Shown piece by piece: positions 1-8,005 of a stretch of DNA of 24,289 nt. The stretch is from positions 1 through 24,289 of IMG/VR virus record IMGVR_UViG_3300030048_000321. One strand, 5' to 3'. This DNA is from a virus. Its lineage: Duplodnaviria; Caudoviricetes. The notes beneath the pieces are model-generated. The model worked only from the letters and a program-made list of their open reading frames with translations, searched no databases and had not been told where the DNA came from. The stretch's first letter is position 1. Each line of letters opens with the position of its first letter. Made by a program: the position numbers and the translations under genes.

Positions 1-297
1 TCAGCCGGCTGCATCAGTATCGCTGCCGGTGTTTTGTTGGAACAGATGGTACTTGCTTGCAAAGAACTTCTCCGAAACCGAATTGCCGGAATAGAGCGCC
101 TGCACAAACGCCAGCGCTTCCAATGCGCCCTGCAGCGCCTTCAGCTGGCATTCGGCATCATTGCCGATGGCGCCTCTGGCCAGAAGGTACAGCCCGACGA
201 TCAGCATGTCGCTTACTGCGTTGGCGATCTTGGACCATTGCACATGATGGCGTCTAGTACGCTGCTGTTTCGGCTTCTGCCTTACGGATACTGGCAT
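1..297 (-). CDS. Putative holin-like small membrane protein (98 aa)
   Basis: SD AGAAAGGA upstream of ATG, stop at 1-3; basic N-terminus followed by two moderately hydrophobic stretches; located at the end of the lysis module. Confidence 0.5.
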   Translation of the reverse strand: MPVSVRQKPKQQRTRRHHVQWSKIANAVSDMLIVGLYLLARGAIGNDAECQLKALQGALEALAFVQALYSGNSVSEKFFASKYHLFQQNTGSDTDAAG

Positions 298-437
298 AAT
301 CCATCATCCTTTCTATGGGGAATATGGCGCGTTAGGCGCGCTTTGCGCCAAGCAGCTGGTCAGGCTGCCGTGCGAGCGCGCCGCCCTTGCGAGGATGGGC
401 GCAAGCGGCTGCCCTTCTAGGGCGCGCCGGAACAGGC

Positions 438-821
438 TTACTCTGGCCGCGCGTGAGGGTCGATTCGGTCGATCCGCTTATGGGCCTGTTTGGCGCTCTC
501 CTCCACCCGGGTCACCCGCTCCGCTAGGCTTTGGATGGTAGCCCCCTGGCTGCGGAAGTCCGCGCGGATGTCGATCACGCCGCTGCTCACATTGGCGATC
601 ACCACGCTCTGCTTTTGCATCTCGGTATTGAGCTGCGCCAGCTGCTTGGAAACCTCCTCGGCTTCCTTGGCTTCGACTCGGGCGTCCACCAACTCAGTGC
701 GACTCTCGTCCCGCTGATCCTTGGTATCATTGCGCCGGGCGTTGCGAATGTTGTAGAAAATGGATACCGCTAACGACAATAATGTCAGCCCCAGCACAAC
801 GTTTTCAACGGTTAGTTGCAT
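438..821 (-). CDS. Holin-associated/XhlA-like membrane-anchored coiled-coil protein (127 aa)
   Basis: Start reassigned to ATG 821 (AGAGAGGG SD); single N-terminal TM (VVLGLTLLSLAVSIFY) and a coiled coil ending ERVTRVEESAKQAHKRID, typical of Bacillota phage lysis cassettes. Confidence 0.7.
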   Translation of the reverse strand: MQLTVENVVLGLTLLSLAVSIFYNIRNARRNDTKDQRDESRTELVDARVEAKEAEEVSKQLAQLNTEMQKQSVVIANVSSGVIDIRADFRSQGATIQSLAERVTRVEESAKQAHKRIDRIDPHARPE

Positions 822-939
822 CGGATTGCCCTCTCTTTTGGTAAGCATTCGGCGCCACCACAAGGCGCTCTGATGGATTTTCCCATGGTCGATAGCCCTT
901 TCGGTCGTTGCTTGTCTGCAAAACGCCGCAGAAAGGCGC

Positions 940-1503
940 CTAGAATAGCCGCATCTGCGCCATTTCAGCGTCCAACCGTTCCTTGGCCAACGCATAGTAG
1001 GTTGCGTCCAGCTCGAAGCCTACGAAGGGCAATCCGGCACGGTGGCAGGCGATCAGGCTGCTGGCACTGCCCACGTGCGTATCCAGGATGCGATATCCTG
1101 GCTTTGAATAATGCTGCAGGATCCATGTATACAGCGCAATCGGTTTTTGCGTCGGGTGGAAGCGCGGATCTCCGGGTTTGCCTTGCGAGGGCATCTCAAT
1201 CCACTTGGCGTTGGCGTTGAAACTGGTCCAGGCGTATTCGCACATGGCCATGGTGAAGTTTTCGCTGATGGGCTTTCGCCATACCAGAAAACAGCGCGTC
1301 GGCGGCAGATCGAAGTAATTGCCACCCCAGATGATCTGGTTCTGGCTCACGCGCGCCAGCTCGTCAAAGTATTCCGGAGGCGGCGCCACATCCCAGTTGC
1401 GCATATCGGGTCTAGGGCAGTCCCTCGTCTGGCAGTACTTGCTCGCCCACGTCCCGCCGGTCCGTGTCGCCCGGATCCCCTGCGCACAGATGGTATCGGT
1501 CAA
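940..1503 (-). CDS. DNA N6-adenine/N4-cytosine methyltransferase (beta class), C-terminal part
   Basis: WDVAP, QIIWGGNYF, HPTQKP and SAM-binding motif I variant ILDTHVGSASS, GFELD; lacks the DPPY motif, which is in the upstream frame; this frame stays open up to about 1620. Confidence 0.85.
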   Translation of the reverse strand: MTDTICAQGIRATRTGGTWASKYCQTRDCPRPDMRNWDVAPPPEYFDELARVSQNQIIWGGNYFDLPPTRCFLVWRKPISENFTMAMCEYAWTSFNANAKWIEMPSQGKPGDPRFHPTQKPIALYTWILQHYSKPGYRILDTHVGSASSLIACHRAGLPFVGFELDATYYALAKERLDAEMAQMRLF

Positions 1504-1563
1504 ACAGCCCGCCGAATCGTCCCCGTTTTCGCTGCTCCCACTGGCTACCCGCCGCCCCGGATC
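1470..1563. repeat. 8-bp direct repeat CCCGGATC (1470-1477 and 1556-1563) flanking the MTase break
   Basis: Both copies read ATC CGG (Ile-Arg) in frame with their respective MTase fragments; spacing 86 nt. Confidence 0.8.
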
Positions 1564-1691
1564 TTGGTTGTATCGTGATCGACGGATCCGCCACCGTAAG
1601 GTGGATCCACGATCGCCAGGTCAAAATATTGATCAGGAAATTCCTTCATGCCCGTCATGCAGTTCATGTGGTAGAAACCGAAGTCCAGCAT
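1545..1691 (-). CDS. DNA methyltransferase N-terminal part (48 aa, catalytic DPPY motif)
   Basis: GAGGTG SD and ATG 1691; MNCMTGMKEFPDQYFDLAIVDPPYG is the typical beta-MTase N-terminus; ends at GGG-TAG (stop 1545-1547). Confidence 0.85.
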   Translation of the reverse strand: MLDFGFYHMNCMTGMKEFPDQYFDLAIVDPPYGGGSVDHDTTKIRGGG

Positions 1692-1848
1692 TGCTCTGAA
1701 ACACCTCGCATTTTCCGTTCCCCAGGAACTCACACCCCCGGCAACAGTCGGGTGCTGCAACGGGAGTTATGCAGGGCGCGCGGATCATACAGCTTCTACA
1801 GGCAGGGTGTTCGGCCTTACAAATACACTCCTCGCACCTCTTTAGCAT
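1633..1848 (-). CDS. Small Cys-rich hypothetical protein (71 aa, 10 Cys)
   Basis: AGAAAGG SD just after the endolysin stop, ATG 1848; several CxxC motifs; 3' end overlaps the MTase start. Confidence 0.55.
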   Translation of the reverse strand: MLKRCEECICKAEHPACRSCMIRAPCITPVAAPDCCRGCEFLGNGKCEVFQSNAGLRFLPHELHDGHEGIS

Positions 1849-1861
1849 AGTAGCGCCTTTC

Positions 1862-2680
1862 TTATTCCTGATTTGTCTCCATGGCCGCCCTGCGTGCTTC
1901 AGCAAGCGCCGCCCAAGTCTTTTGGCCAACAACGCCGTCAATGGTCAACCCATGATCGCGCTGGAACACCTTCACCATCGCCTCGGTGGTCGGGCCGAAA
2001 TCATGGTCGACCGATAGCATGAAGCCCAGATCCACCAGCCACGTCTGCAGGCGTTCCACAGCACCACCCTTGCAACCCCGCTTGATCAGGTAGAATCTGG
2101 ACGTATCCACCGCTGTATCTGCCGTCGAACCTTGTACCGTTGCTGAAGCAGCCTCGCTGGCCACCGTCGCCGCGGTGGACAGCAGTGCGTTTTTGGTGTC
2201 CGTCAGCCCGTAGCCCACCCAGGGCAGCAGCCCGATCATGTTCCAGCCGCCATTGATCGCTTTCCCGGCAAAGTTGCTTTCAACAACCTTCTCACGGCTG
2301 GCACTGGCTGCGATGCTGGTATATTTGCCCCATACCAGCCCCATATGGCTCGCGTCGCCGTTTTCGTCATTGTATTTGTCGTTGTGCCCTGCCGTCCAAA
2401 TGAACAGCGCCGCGCCCCCGGGAATGCAGCCAAACGCTTTGATACACTCAGCAGGCATTCCGCGCCACACACATGCGCGCCAGTGCGCATTGCTCCCAGC
2501 AAGCCCGCATTCTTTTTTGGGGACGCCTGCCTGAATCAGGCAATATTCTATCATCCCCTGGCAGTCCATCCCCTGAAGGGTCATCCCGTTTTTCACGTAA
2601 GGGATCTCGGCCGTCTTGATGTACTCCAGCAGCTTTTCCCCTTGCGCGATCAGCGCGGCATTGGTAATCTTGGATGACAT
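1862..2680 (-). CDS. Endolysin: NlpC/P60-like cysteine peptidase plus C-terminal PG_binding_1 domain (272 aa)
   Basis: IPYV..G....GMDCQG (catalytic Cys), SHMGLV (His); Ala/Thr linker; VERLQTWL..LGF..DHDFGPTT..VKVFQRDHGL.IDGVVG..TW peptidoglycan-binding signature; GGAGG SD. Confidence 0.88.
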   Translation of the reverse strand: MSSKITNAALIAQGEKLLEYIKTAEIPYVKNGMTLQGMDCQGMIEYCLIQAGVPKKECGLAGSNAHWRACVWRGMPAECIKAFGCIPGGAALFIWTAGHNDKYNDENGDASHMGLVWGKYTSIAASASREKVVESNFAGKAINGGWNMIGLLPWVGYGLTDTKNALLSTAATVASEAASATVQGSTADTAVDTSRFYLIKRGCKGGAVERLQTWLVDLGFMLSVDHDFGPTTEAMVKVFQRDHGLTIDGVVGQKTWAALAEARRAAMETNQE

Positions 2681-2697
2681 ATCGTTTCCTCCAATCT

Positions 2698-2721
2698 AAA
2701 AGGCGAGCCATGCAGCTCGCC
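2698..2721 (-). terminator. Probable intrinsic terminator upstream of the endolysin
   Basis: GGCGAGC-6 nt-GCTCGCC stem followed by TTTT on the minus strand; a second hairpin lies at 2737-2759. Confidence 0.5.
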
Positions 2722-2763
2722 CGGTAACGTTGAATAAGGGCGGGTGAATACCCCGCCCTATGT

Positions 2764-2892
2764 TTACACCGCCAGTTCCGGCAGGCCGCTGTCGATCAGG
2801 ATTTCCCGTACCTGTTCTTTAAGCGCTGCGGGTACCGCCGAAAACGCCGTTTTGCCTAGGATCACGCGCTGGGCAAAGAACATCGCCATCAT
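2764..2892 (-). CDS. Small conserved phage tail-region protein (CD1375/XkdX-like, 42 aa)
   Basis: AAAGGGG SD before ATG ATG; MAMFFAQRVILGKTAFSAVPAALKEQVREILIDSGLPELA resembles small proteins that follow tail fiber genes; alternative GTG start at 2970. Confidence 0.7.
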   Translation of the reverse strand: MMAMFFAQRVILGKTAFSAVPAALKEQVREILIDSGLPELAV

Positions 2893-2923
2893 AATCACAT
2901 CCCCTTTCAAAAGGAATTGCAAT

Positions 2924-2954
2924 AAAAAGAGCCGCACCCAGTCGAGCGCTGCTC
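2924..2954 (-). terminator. Terminator-like hairpin after the fiber-associated gene
   Basis: GAGCAGCGCTC-GACT-GGGTGCGGCTC then TTTTT on the minus strand (imperfect stem). Confidence 0.45.
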
Positions 2955-2966
2955 CGATTGCCCGGA

Positions 2967-3347
2967 TCACTGGTACACCTGCGTTGCCATTTCCGCGATG
3001 CAGTCCTCCATAAACTCTCCACGATCCGACAATGCCTGCACCTGAGCTTTCAGAAGGACGTTTTCAGCATTGATCTGCTCGATGTCACTGGGTGTAGGGT
3101 GCGGCGGCACATCACTTTCCAGCTCTTCCGTTGTGCGTTCGGCAACCACCCCTTCCACCAGCTTATAGCGATAGCGGCCTTGCTCGTCCATCAATGGTTT
3201 AGGAAGATAGTTGCCTTGCGCGTGCATGTAGCGGTCGCCATCTCCCTCGTCAACCTGCACCCAACCGTCTGGTGGTGCGAAGAACGCATCGCTCATGATC
3301 CCATCAACGCGCCCTATGCTGTTTGTATGTAAAAATACTTTTGACAT
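2967..3347 (-). CDS. Tail fiber-associated protein, possible fiber chaperone (126 aa)
   Basis: Directly follows the fiber gene; GW.QVDEG.GDRY.HAQGNYL.KPL.DE.G.YRYKL motif and C-terminal coiled coil (EDCIAEMATQVY). Confidence 0.7.
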   Translation of the reverse strand: MSKVFLHTNSIGRVDGIMSDAFFAPPDGWVQVDEGDGDRYMHAQGNYLPKPLMDEQGRYRYKLVEGVVAERTTEELESDVPPHPTPSDIEQINAENVLLKAQVQALSDRGEFMEDCIAEMATQVYQ

Positions 3348-3359
3348 AACCCTTCCCCC

Positions 3360-5852
3360 TTACAGTTCCGAGGATAACAGCACGCTTGTGTGCGGTTCAG
3401 CAGTGGATACCACGCTGTACCCACTCGGGAGCGCAGCAGTAAATCTCAAACGGCATAGATTTCCGATTAGCGATATCACACTTGTTACTGCTACACTCTG
3501 GTATACAGACCCATTGGAACACACAAATGCAGCATTTGCCCCCGCTTCGGCTATACTTGGGGTGATTCTCATAGCACATGGTAGGGGTAGATTAATAGCA
3601 AAATACCCTGCCGTGTCATGGTACCCACTCGACGCCCCTAATGATGTTCTAACCAAGTGTCGCTGACATACTGCCAGTGCAAGTGCTGAACTCATCGGAG
3701 CATCCATTGCAATTGTGCTGACAGTTCCAATTTCCAGCTTTACGGTTCTGACTATACATGCCGAACTCGCAAATACTGTCAGATAGGGCGCATAATATTG
3801 TGTGGTTTCGTTTATGACAATGCCGCCCGATACATAGGAAAGACCGAACGTAACATTTCCAAAGCCTGTGACGGGAACCACTGTTGATACAGCAACCCCT
3901 GAAACACTGGCAGGAAACGCTCCCGTCGCAGTGTAGATTGTGCCATCGCTCATAAGCGCGGAGAATGTCACGACCCTACCAAGTAAAGCGGTGTAAAGAT
4001 ACTCCATAAACTGGTATACAATACCACCAGCCGCCATGGATAGACCTGTTCCGGCCACCCACGTAACACTGCTACCACCGAGCACCCACCCATCCAAGTA
4101 GTAACTTCCGGCTGTTGAAAATGCAGTTCCACTCACGCGGTTACGCTGATTGATCGGCGTGCGGAAATCCCAGTTGCGCAACATATTTGGGTTGCTGACC
4201 TGCGTAACACTGGCAGCGCTGATATTGCTCAGCGCTTGCACCTTTTCCGCATCCGTCAAAGTTTGCGCGGTGTACTTGACAGGATATAGGCCGTCGATCA
4301 ATGCCTTTAGCGCCTTCCCTTGCCTGGCATCTAGCACAAAGCCTTCAACAGCCTTATCCAAACTGTTGTAGACGTTCGCCGATTTCAGGCAAGCATCGAT
4401 CGCCGCTTTAATGGTGGTGGTATCATCGCTGGCTATGGTCAGCGTGGTGGCAAATAGGATCGCCTTGACCGCTGCCACAATATCCACAGGGGAAGGGTTA
4501 GGCAGCGCTTTGTCATTCTCAAAGCTTACCACACCGGTTTCGCTTACCGCAGGCGTAAAGGTGGCGCCGCTTGCTCCGGGAGCGCCGGGCAGGCCGTCGG
4601 TTCCATCCAGAACATCAACCTCGGTTGTGCCTGTTTTGTCAGTAATGGTAATAGTTGCCGTGTTCCCAACCTTGCTAACATAGGCAACAGGGCTGTATCC
4701 CGTGGTTTGCCCTTCATCTTCCCATTGTGTACCCGTCCAACGATGTACATTGTAAGGTGCAGCGCTGCCAACGTTGTACCGATCGCCAATTGTCGGGTTT
4801 GGGATGCCCGCCTGCAGTTCCGCAAGCGTTGCGTAGGCATTTCCCTTGATAATGTAATCCGCGCCTTGCGGTCCCTGCTCTGTTTGGATGGTGATGTGTT
4901 TATGCCCGTTGACATCGGTAATTGTGGCCGTCGGTGCGGTGCCATTGGGGACGCTCGACGTGGCGATGGTCATGCCGTCGATCATGGTCGCCGCGGCGTC
5001 CGCTGCCTGTGCTGCCGTGCCGGCGCTACCTGCGGCGGATGTTGCCTGCCCTACCGCAGCAGTTGCCGCCGCTGCGGCCGTATTGGCCGCCGTAGCGGCC
5101 GTATTCGCTCCGGAGGCGGCAGTATTCGCCGCACCAGCTGCCGCATTGGCTGCATCTGCGGCATCGTCAGCATCCCCGGCGGCAAGCACGGCGTCGCTGG
5201 CTGCATCACTGGCCTCCTGTTTCGCCTCGTTTGCGGCAGTGGCGGCACTGTTGGCAGCGGCAGCGGCGGTAGTCGCCGCTCCGGATGCGGCTGTGGCAGA
5301 AGCGGCTGCGTCAGTCGCCGCATTAGTGGCAGTCTCGGCCGCAGATGTGGCGGCTGTTGCCTGGCCAGCCGCTGCCGTTGCCGTTGCAGCTGCTCCATTG
5401 GCAGCGGTTATTCCGGCTTCCATTACTGCAACCTGGGCTAGTAACTGACTGATATCTGGGATGATATGCTCCACATCCACAATGCCGCCGCTGGGTTCAC
5501 GCCCCACAGTTGTGATCAGCACACCCAGGGTAACGGTATTATTTCCGCTGGTATCGGTCAGACGCATCACGCATTGAAGCGAGCCAGGGATTGTGTAGCA
5601 GGTACTTTCCAGCTTCACGACCGCCGTATGCCCATCAATCGTGCCCGCGATGGGCACATAATTGCCATCGGCACGCTGAAAAAACCCGCGCACCGTGCCT
5701 GCCAAAGTAGCTGGCTGACCATCCTGTAAAACAGTAATGCGCCACTCATGCGCCAACTTGTCGCCCTGCATCATCAGCGCCGAAGGAAGGATGCGCGGCT
5801 CAACGGCTCCCTGCGCAAGGTCGATCCGCTGCCGGATTATCCAGTTGTTCAT
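3360..5852 (-). CDS. BppU-like upper baseplate / tail fiber (receptor-binding) protein (830 aa)
   Basis: N-terminal BppU-type domain (QGDKLAHEWRITV..G.FQRADG..CYTIPG), Ala-rich stalk, short Gly-X-Y segments, C-terminal NPNML.NWDF..PINQR ... KLEIG ... CQRH fiber module; TGATG-coupled to Tal. Confidence 0.8.
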   Translation of the reverse strand: MNNWIIRQRIDLAQGAVEPRILPSALMMQGDKLAHEWRITVLQDGQPATLAGTVRGFFQRADGNYVPIAGTIDGHTAVVKLESTCYTIPGSLQCVMRLTDTSGNNTVTLGVLITTVGREPSGGIVDVEHIIPDISQLLAQVAVMEAGITAANGAAATATAAAGQATAATSAAETATNAATDAAASATAASGAATTAAAAANSAATAANEAKQEASDAASDAVLAAGDADDAADAANAAAGAANTAASGANTAATAANTAAAAATAAVGQATSAAGSAGTAAQAADAAATMIDGMTIATSSVPNGTAPTATITDVNGHKHITIQTEQGPQGADYIIKGNAYATLAELQAGIPNPTIGDRYNVGSAAPYNVHRWTGTQWEDEGQTTGYSPVAYVSKVGNTATITITDKTGTTEVDVLDGTDGLPGAPGASGATFTPAVSETGVVSFENDKALPNPSPVDIVAAVKAILFATTLTIASDDTTTIKAAIDACLKSANVYNSLDKAVEGFVLDARQGKALKALIDGLYPVKYTAQTLTDAEKVQALSNISAASVTQVSNPNMLRNWDFRTPINQRNRVSGTAFSTAGSYYLDGWVLGGSSVTWVAGTGLSMAAGGIVYQFMEYLYTALLGRVVTFSALMSDGTIYTATGAFPASVSGVAVSTVVPVTGFGNVTFGLSYVSGGIVINETTQYYAPYLTVFASSACIVRTVKLEIGTVSTIAMDAPMSSALALAVCQRHLVRTSLGASSGYHDTAGYFAINLPLPCAMRITPSIAEAGANAAFVCSNGSVYQSVAVTSVISLIGNLCRLRFTAALPSGYSVVSTAEPHTSVLLSSEL
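4990..5410 (-). repeat. Ala/Thr-rich heptad-like repeat region (coiled-coil stalk) within the fiber gene
   Basis: About 140 aa of A-x-x-A-A-x-x periodic sequence (e.g. ANTAASGANTAATAANTAA); boundaries approximate. Confidence 0.7.
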
Positions 5853-7942
5853 CAGTAATCGCCGCCTCCTTTGCTTTGCACAAACACCTGTGCGTACACA
5901 TTTACAACAACCCGCGTTGCCTGGTCGGGTGTCAGCACTACCTCATGCCACTTTCCTCGCTCGATCTTGCCAGCGGCATCCTTGGAGAGTAGCGCGGTGA
6001 TGTCTACCTCTGCTTCGGCGTCCGTAATCGTGCCGCTTACCGCTACGCCGTCCACCATCATGGTGAAACTAGTAGCCGTTGGCCCCTCGTAGATGTCATA
6101 GATCAAATTGTGGGTATGGTCGTTCAGGGTCAGGCCGTGGCTGTGTGCGCCCACGCTCACGCTATGGGTGTGATCGGGTACATTGATGGTCAGCGGGGGA
6201 ATGGAGATCACCGTATTGACCATATGGTAATGGTTCATACCATGGTTATGCGTTGGGATCCCGTGAGTGTGGCTCATGCTATGTGTATGGGCACCGGTTG
6301 TGTGTGTATGTAAGTTCAACCCATGGCTGTGGTTGGTATCATCTGATTCGGAACACGAAGGGCGCGTAGCCCCTGTGTAGGTACCGGTTGTTTGCTGGTG
6401 CTGATGGCTGCCGATCGTGTGAGAGTGGCTCGCAATTGCGGCTTCAGTGCTACCGATTGCTGCGCCTGTATTGGTATACTCGCCCGCACTGCCTGTAGCA
6501 CTCAAACTCGACGCCCCTGTATTTCGCGCGGTTTCCACATCGGTGTTGGCCATCGTGTAGCCGCTTTCCATCGCCTTGGGGTTGCCGGTCGTGTTGTTGC
6601 TGGTAGTCACGCTCACAGGCTCCGTAATGCTCTGCGCCCCTCCGGCCGCACTGGTGGTCGTACCCCCGCCCCCGCTGGTGGTGGTCGAAACGCTCCCGCC
6701 ACCGCTGGCTGCGCCTTGAGCGTCCGCCCGGTAGGCTTCGCGCTTCAGCAGGAATTTCACCACGTTGATGCGCACGGCGCTTTCGGGAATGGGGATGGAG
6801 AACGTGGCCGGATGCCCGGGCGTGCAGTTCTCGGCGTACTGGAAAACGTACAATGACGTGGCACCCTGGCTATATAGCTCGCTGACGCCTACTCGGTCGG
6901 CCAGCTGGTTGATGCTGTCGGCGGTGTCCTTCTGGGCATTGGCGATCGTGATTTCAATGTCCTGCGGCTTCCCGTTCACGTCAGCTTTGCTGATTCCGAT
7001 GATCCGCGCCTGAAAGGTGATGTCGTGTTCGCCGTCCATCACCTGCACAAGCTTGCCGGGCATGTAGTTGTCCCAGCTGTGTCCGGTAAGGGCGTACAGG
7101 TCGGCGGCCGTGGCCGTATAGGTGATATAGGGGTTCTTGTAACCCTCCAGCACAGCTTGCGTTCGTTGTTTCAGTGTCGCGACGTCCTGAATGGTTGTGT
7201 CCACAAACACGCTGCACTTCACGCCCCAGGTGCCGATGGTATCCGAATCCAGATAGGGCAGGCCGCCGTTCACACTCTTGATACCCAACTGGTTCACGCC
7301 CTCGCCATAGCCAAGGCAGTACAGGCGCGTCACCAGCGCGGTGGCGTCCATGGTTTTTTCGATCTGCTTCAGGCTGCGCATGTAGTGGATCCCACAGCCA
7401 GGAGTCGCGTCCGCTCGGAGCAGGTTCACCGTCCAGGGCGTGGTGCTGGTGTTAAAATCCCATGTGTATTCATCCACTAACAGGTTGCTGATGGAAAACA
7501 GCGCGGAAAGCAGCGTGCAATTCTCGAAGTTGTAGGCGAACTGGTCATAAAACTCGCACACGCCCAGCTGCCAGCGGATCACCGTCTGCCGCGCCAGGAT
7601 GTAGGCGATCACGTCTGCAGTATATACGCTCGTTCCGCCTACCTCATGCTGCCCGAACAACACATCGTCCACCAGCGTGGCCATCACATGCTCCAACTCA
7701 TAGCCCGTCCAGTCGTCGGTATCGCTCTGCGGCATGCCGATGATGCGAAAAAGACCGAGGTCACGCTTGCCGTCCTCGATCTTCACGTAGTTATGCGCAG
7801 CGCAGTACTCGTTTTTGGGGTCGCAGGTTGGCAGCTGAAAGCTTACTGTGGAAAGATCGTTTCGCTTCAGCTGATACCCTACGTCGTTGGCCGCGTCCAG
7901 TACCGCCCGCAGCTTCTGGTTTTGGTCGTATACCCGCACCAT
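5852..7942 (-). CDS. Tal / prophage tail spike protein with His-x-His-rich C-terminal insert (696 aa)
   Basis: Start ATG 7942 (AAAGGAGGTG SD); LVTRLYCLGYGEGVNQL.IKSVNGG.PYL tail-hub motif; follows Dit; 11 HxH motifs. Confidence 0.85.
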   Translation of the reverse strand: MVRVYDQNQKLRAVLDAANDVGYQLKRNDLSTVSFQLPTCDPKNEYCAAHNYVKIEDGKRDLGLFRIIGMPQSDTDDWTGYELEHVMATLVDDVLFGQHEVGGTSVYTADVIAYILARQTVIRWQLGVCEFYDQFAYNFENCTLLSALFSISNLLVDEYTWDFNTSTTPWTVNLLRADATPGCGIHYMRSLKQIEKTMDATALVTRLYCLGYGEGVNQLGIKSVNGGLPYLDSDTIGTWGVKCSVFVDTTIQDVATLKQRTQAVLEGYKNPYITYTATAADLYALTGHSWDNYMPGKLVQVMDGEHDITFQARIIGISKADVNGKPQDIEITIANAQKDTADSINQLADRVGVSELYSQGATSLYVFQYAENCTPGHPATFSIPIPESAVRINVVKFLLKREAYRADAQGAASGGGSVSTTTSGGGGTTTSAAGGAQSITEPVSVTTSNNTTGNPKAMESGYTMANTDVETARNTGASSLSATGSAGEYTNTGAAIGSTEAAIASHSHTIGSHQHQQTTGTYTGATRPSCSESDDTNHSHGLNLHTHTTGAHTHSMSHTHGIPTHNHGMNHYHMVNTVISIPPLTINVPDHTHSVSVGAHSHGLTLNDHTHNLIYDIYEGPTATSFTMMVDGVAVSGTITDAEAEVDITALLSKDAAGKIERGKWHEVVLTPDQATRVVVNVYAQVFVQSKGGGDY

Positions 7943-8005
7943 ACGTCGGTTGCACCTCCTTTGGGAATGGGTTTGTGAACCCCCTCCCAACCTCCCCCGT
8001 TGGGA

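Noticed and set aside
325-352. Minus-strand GGCGCAAAGCGCGCCTAA resembling part of a c-di-GMP-I riboswitch
   Set aside because: The upstream GGCAAA/GAAA-tetraloop stem and the P3 spacing are missing
2893-2970. 26-aa N-terminal extension of the small tail-region protein (GTG 2970)
   Set aside because: Not preferred: it overlaps a terminator-like hairpin and a good SD precedes ATG 2892, although GTGA coupling means it is not fully excluded
3360-4200. Diversity-generating retroelement target or shufflon at the fiber tip
   Set aside because: No second near-identical repeat, reverse transcriptase, invertase or inverted alternative C-termini in this window
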